Positions 60,933-64,000 of a DNA stretch of 64,000 nt are shown here, in pieces. The DNA comes from Candidatus Poribacteria bacterium (GTDB taxonomy: Bacteria > Poribacteria > WGA-4E > PCPOR2b): contig OZ244587.1 in NCBI GenBank assembly GCA_965218095.1, positions 416,001 to 480,000 on the forward strand, read 5' to 3'. Below the pieces are notes generated by a model. That model saw only the letters and a list, made by a program, of their open reading frames with translations, was not told the origin of the DNA and did not search any database. A program made the translations under genes and the position numbers. The number at the start of each line of letters is the position of its first letter. Within the stretch, counting starts at the first letter, position 1.

Positions 60933-61985
60933 ATGGAAGAATTCTTTAGCAGGTCATTGAATCGGAAAAATTGTGTTCGCGGAACACTGTTTTTCATTCT
61001 CTGTACGATTATCGGATTATTTATCAGTTTTTTATGGAGTGGTACAGACAATATAGGGCTTGTCCTGCGTTCGATACGTGGGAAGCTCCTCATTCTTGCA
61101 ACCCTTTGCATGTTCTCAGATTGGCTATGCGGTGCTGCGCGTCTCCACATTTTTGCACGACAGATGTCACCACAAGTTACCTTCCTTGATAGCATTCGTG
61201 CCAGTCTGACAGCCATCTGTATAGGAGGAATCACACCATTTCAAACGGGAGGGGTTGCGCATATCTATATCTTTAATCGGGTGGGAGTACCGATATCGGG
61301 TGGCATGACTATTGGTATTATTACCTTCATTGGTACGCTGACGTTCCTGATTTTTTCAACGGGATATGTTGTCTGGCAGTCGCCAGACTTTCTTCCCAAA
61401 GGAATCACGTTTGTTAGTCAATATAGTCTGTTGATGTTTGTCGCTGTCCTTTTCTTATTTCTTCTCATGGTAATCAAGCCTGAAGTCCTTCTGTTTCCTT
61501 TGACCCGGATTCAATTACCAAGACAGTCCGGCTTTCGGTTGGCGGCAAAGGTTGTGGATCGCTTGATTCTCACCCTTGAGAAAGTGATTTTGGAGCACAA
61601 AGCATTTACACGTATGTTCATCACCGAACACAAGATTGTCTGTGTTTTGAACTTTGTCTTTACGGCTGGCATCTACATGAGTCGGTTTGTTGGCGGCTAT
61701 GCCGTTGTTCGCGCCCTGGGCGGAGATGTCCCCTTTTGGTATGTCATCGCTGCTCAAGTCCTACTCAGTTTCGTGACGTTATTTGCACCAAGTCCGGGGG
61801 CAAGTGGAATCGCAGAATTCTTAACCGTAGTCCTAATGAAACCGTTACTGATGTCGGACGCAATTGGTCTGTATGCCCTGCTCACGCGCTTCTTCACAAC
61901 TTACTGTGGCGTCGCTGTTGGAGGAACTGTCCTGGTGTCGCAATTGACGAGGGATCTCAATCAACAATCGACAATTGACACTTGA
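60933..61985 (+). CDS. Lysylphosphatidylglycerol synthase TM-region (flippase-like) membrane protein
   Basis: Multiple TM helices; ITPFQTGG, PSPGASG.AE, RFFT.Y. Confidence 0.85.
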   Translation: MEEFFSRSLNRKNCVRGTLFFILCTIIGLFISFLWSGTDNIGLVLRSIRGKLLILATLCMFSDWLCGAARLHIFARQMSPQVTFLDSIRASLTAICIGGITPFQTGGVAHIYIFNRVGVPISGGMTIGIITFIGTLTFLIFSTGYVVWQSPDFLPKGITFVSQYSLLMFVAVLFLFLLMVIKPEVLLFPLTRIQLPRQSGFRLAAKVVDRLILTLEKVILEHKAFTRMFITEHKIVCVLNFVFTAGIYMSRFVGGYAVVRALGGDVPFWYVIAAQVLLSFVTLFAPSPGASGIAEFLTVVLMKPLLMSDAIGLYALLTRFFTTYCGVAVGGTVLVSQLTRDLNQQSTIDT

Positions 61986-62143
61986 CACTTGCATCGAGTG
62001 CAGCGTGCAAAGTGTTGATGCGTTCACAGGTTCGGGCGGAAATGGGTGAATGAGGGAATGAATCTTTACGTTTTACATTTCACGCTTTACGGATTACGTT
62101 TTCGTTTCACATTTACAACCTAAAACCGACAAGGAGACAAATT

Positions 62144-63052
62144 ATGGCTATAACAATTGATCCAGCGACGACGAAAATCGGCTGGGTTGGGATAGGTGTC
62201 ATGGGACGTTGGATGTGCCAACACGTTATGGATCTCGGGTATTCGGCAACCGTCTACAACCGCACGAAGGCGAAGGCGCAACCGTTGCTTGATGCAGGTG
62301 CAGCTTGGGCAGATTCTTCCCGCGAAGTTGCTGCGGCGTCAGAGGTAATCTTCACTATCGTCGGTTTCCCGCCGGATGTGCGTGAAGTCTACCTCGGCGG
62401 GGATGGCCTCCTGAAAGGCGCGAAGTCCGGCAGCATTACCGTCGATATGACCACGACCGAGCCTTCATTGGCACAAGAGATTTATGACGAAGCCAGGGCG
62501 CAGGGTATATCCGCTATTGATGCGCCGGTCTCAGGGGGTGATGTCGGCGCACGAGAGGCGCGACTTTCGATTATGGTTGGCGGCGATGCCGAAGCCGTTG
62601 AAGCGGTTATGCCACTTTTTGAAGCGATGGGGAAAAACATCGTTCATCAAGGCGGTGCAGGCGCAGGGCAGCACACCAAAATGTGCAATCAGATCACGAT
62701 TGCTGGAACAATGTGCGGTGTCTGTGAAGCATTGCTCTACGGGTACAAGGCGGGCTTGGATCTGGAGACGATGCTCTCGTCGATTAGCGGAGGGGCGGCA
62801 GCCTGCTGGTCGCTTGACAATCTCGCACCGCGCATTCTCCAGCGCAATTTCGATCCCGGCTTCTTCGTCGAACACTTCATCAAAGACATGGGCATTGCGC
62901 TTGACGAAGCAAAGAAGATGAATCTCAGCCTACCCGGACTCGCACTGGTGCATCAGCTTTACCTGGCTGTCGAGGCCCAAGGTCATGGGCGTTTAGGCAC
63001 GCAGGCGCTCATGCTTGCCCTGGAGCAGATGGCTGATACAGAAATTGGTTAA
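62144..63052 (+). CDS. 3-hydroxyisobutyrate / tartronate semialdehyde dehydrogenase family oxidoreductase
   Basis: [36 protein letters not shown]. Confidence 0.93.
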   Translation: MAITIDPATTKIGWVGIGVMGRWMCQHVMDLGYSATVYNRTKAKAQPLLDAGAAWADSSREVAAASEVIFTIVGFPPDVREVYLGGDGLLKGAKSGSITVDMTTTEPSLAQEIYDEARAQGISAIDAPVSGGDVGAREARLSIMVGGDAEAVEAVMPLFEAMGKNIVHQGGAGAGQHTKMCNQITIAGTMCGVCEALLYGYKAGLDLETMLSSISGGAAACWSLDNLAPRILQRNFDPGFFVEHFIKDMGIALDEAKKMNLSLPGLALVHQLYLAVEAQGHGRLGTQALMLALEQMADTEIG

Positions 63053-63077
63053 TCTCTCAGGTGTAAAACTTGAAAGT

Positions 63078-63113
63078 AAAAAGGGCCTCCCGATCAAAAG
63101 GAGGCCCTTTTTT
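63078..63113. terminator. Bidirectional Rho-independent terminator
   Basis: AAAAAGGGCCTCC-loop-GGAGGCCCTTTTTT between convergent genes. Confidence 0.85.
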
Positions 63114-63225
63114 GTGTCAATGTTATCCGAATTTCGCGGGTCATCATGTCTTTTCTCAGAGGTTAGCATAAAGCATTTTTCAAACCCCTTTCCAATGAAC
63201 CCCGGTACAATACGACTATTCCTTA

Positions 63226-64000
63226 TCAAATCGATACCCGACGCTCTCGATTTGGAATCGGTGGGCAGACAGCAACGCCGCCTTGCAAGTGCGATTCATA
63301 AATACCGAAGCCGATCTCTGTGCTCAGCATTGTTGCATGCAGATTACTGACCCCCGGTTTGCCGGTTTTGATGGACGCTGCCAGTCCACGGATTTTGCGC
63401 TCGGTGCCGCTCCAGGGACCCACCGGTTTGACTTCAATAGAGTCGTAGACGCGCTGGCTTTCATCACTTTTACGGACATAGAGAGACTCGCCATCGTTCT
63501 GAATGCGGATGATACCCCCCTCGCAAACCAGTTCATACTCACGACTCGCCCCCGTCGCCGCTGCGTGCAGGATGGCACCGTTGTCGAATTCGACGAACGC
63601 CGACTGGATGGGCGTGTCCTTGACGAACCGCATATTGGAAGTATCCCCTTCGGCAGGGAAGAGTTCGCCCAATGTTCCGCGAATGGAAATCGGCTCCGGA
63701 TCGCCTAACAGGTATAGCAGCGTGTCGAGGAAGTGCCCGCCGATGCTGCTGCCCTTAAAGCCAAGCACAGATTTGATGGCGCCTAACTTGCCGCTTTGGG
63801 CAATCTCGTGCGCCTGCCGATAGACTACCCAGTTGCGCCGCATGGGACCGAATTCTAAGAAGACACCGTTGCGTTCAAAGGCATCTTTGATGGCGTCGGC
63901 TTCGACGAGCGAACAACAGAGCGGCTTCTCGGCATACATCCCCTTAACACCGTGCTCTGCGCCATAAATCATTGCTTCTGCGTGCTGCTCTGGACGGGTG
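63226..64000 (-). CDS. Gfo/Idh/MocA family oxidoreductase, 5' end outside window
   Basis: EKPLCCSL.EAD motif, H.LD; frame open to the window edge. Confidence 0.85.
   Translation of the reverse strand, partial: TRPEQHAEAMIYGAEHGVKGMYAEKPLCCSLVEADAIKDAFERNGVFLEFGPMRRNWVVYRQAHEIAQSGKLGAIKSVLGFKGSSIGGHFLDTLLYLLGDPEPISIRGTLGELFPAEGDTSNMRFVKDTPIQSAFVEFDNGAILHAAATGASREYELVCEGGIIRIQNDGESLYVRKSDESQRVYDSIEVKPVGPWSGTERKIRGLAASIKTGKPGVSNLHATMLSTEIGFGIYESHLQGGVAVCPPIPNRERRVSI

Overview
Bacterial chromosomal window of moderate GC. Gene content suggests Candidatus Poribacteria or a relative (inference): FlgD-like 'NFPNPFNPETWIPY' C-terminus, several PhyH/TauD dioxygenases, a sulfatase-like enzyme, TPR/PQQ-repeat proteins and a BMC shell gene. 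Housekeeping genes (cysC, uppP, fur, lepA, lepB, pyrF, argH, nadC, ogt, hfq-like) alternate with accessory DNA and many gene remnants. Highlights: (1) a candidate defence operon of fused REase-MTase, specificity subunit, ABC/AAA ATPase and PIN nuclease, with a REP-flanked RAYT remnant inserted in it; (2) an ORF-less group II intron lying between a ribosome-binding site and a start codon; (3) adjacent secreted cohesin and dockerin proteins; (4) a 24-bp palindromic element inserted in frame in a TauD gene; (5) a secreted YdjY-acylphosphatase fusion; (6) recurrent short tandem duplications and nonsense codons that break genes. A second, partial REase-MTase gene (<1-1856, minus) is missing from the ORF track. 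No rRNA, tRNA or CRISPR array was recognised. Family names come from motif recognition by eye, not from database searches.
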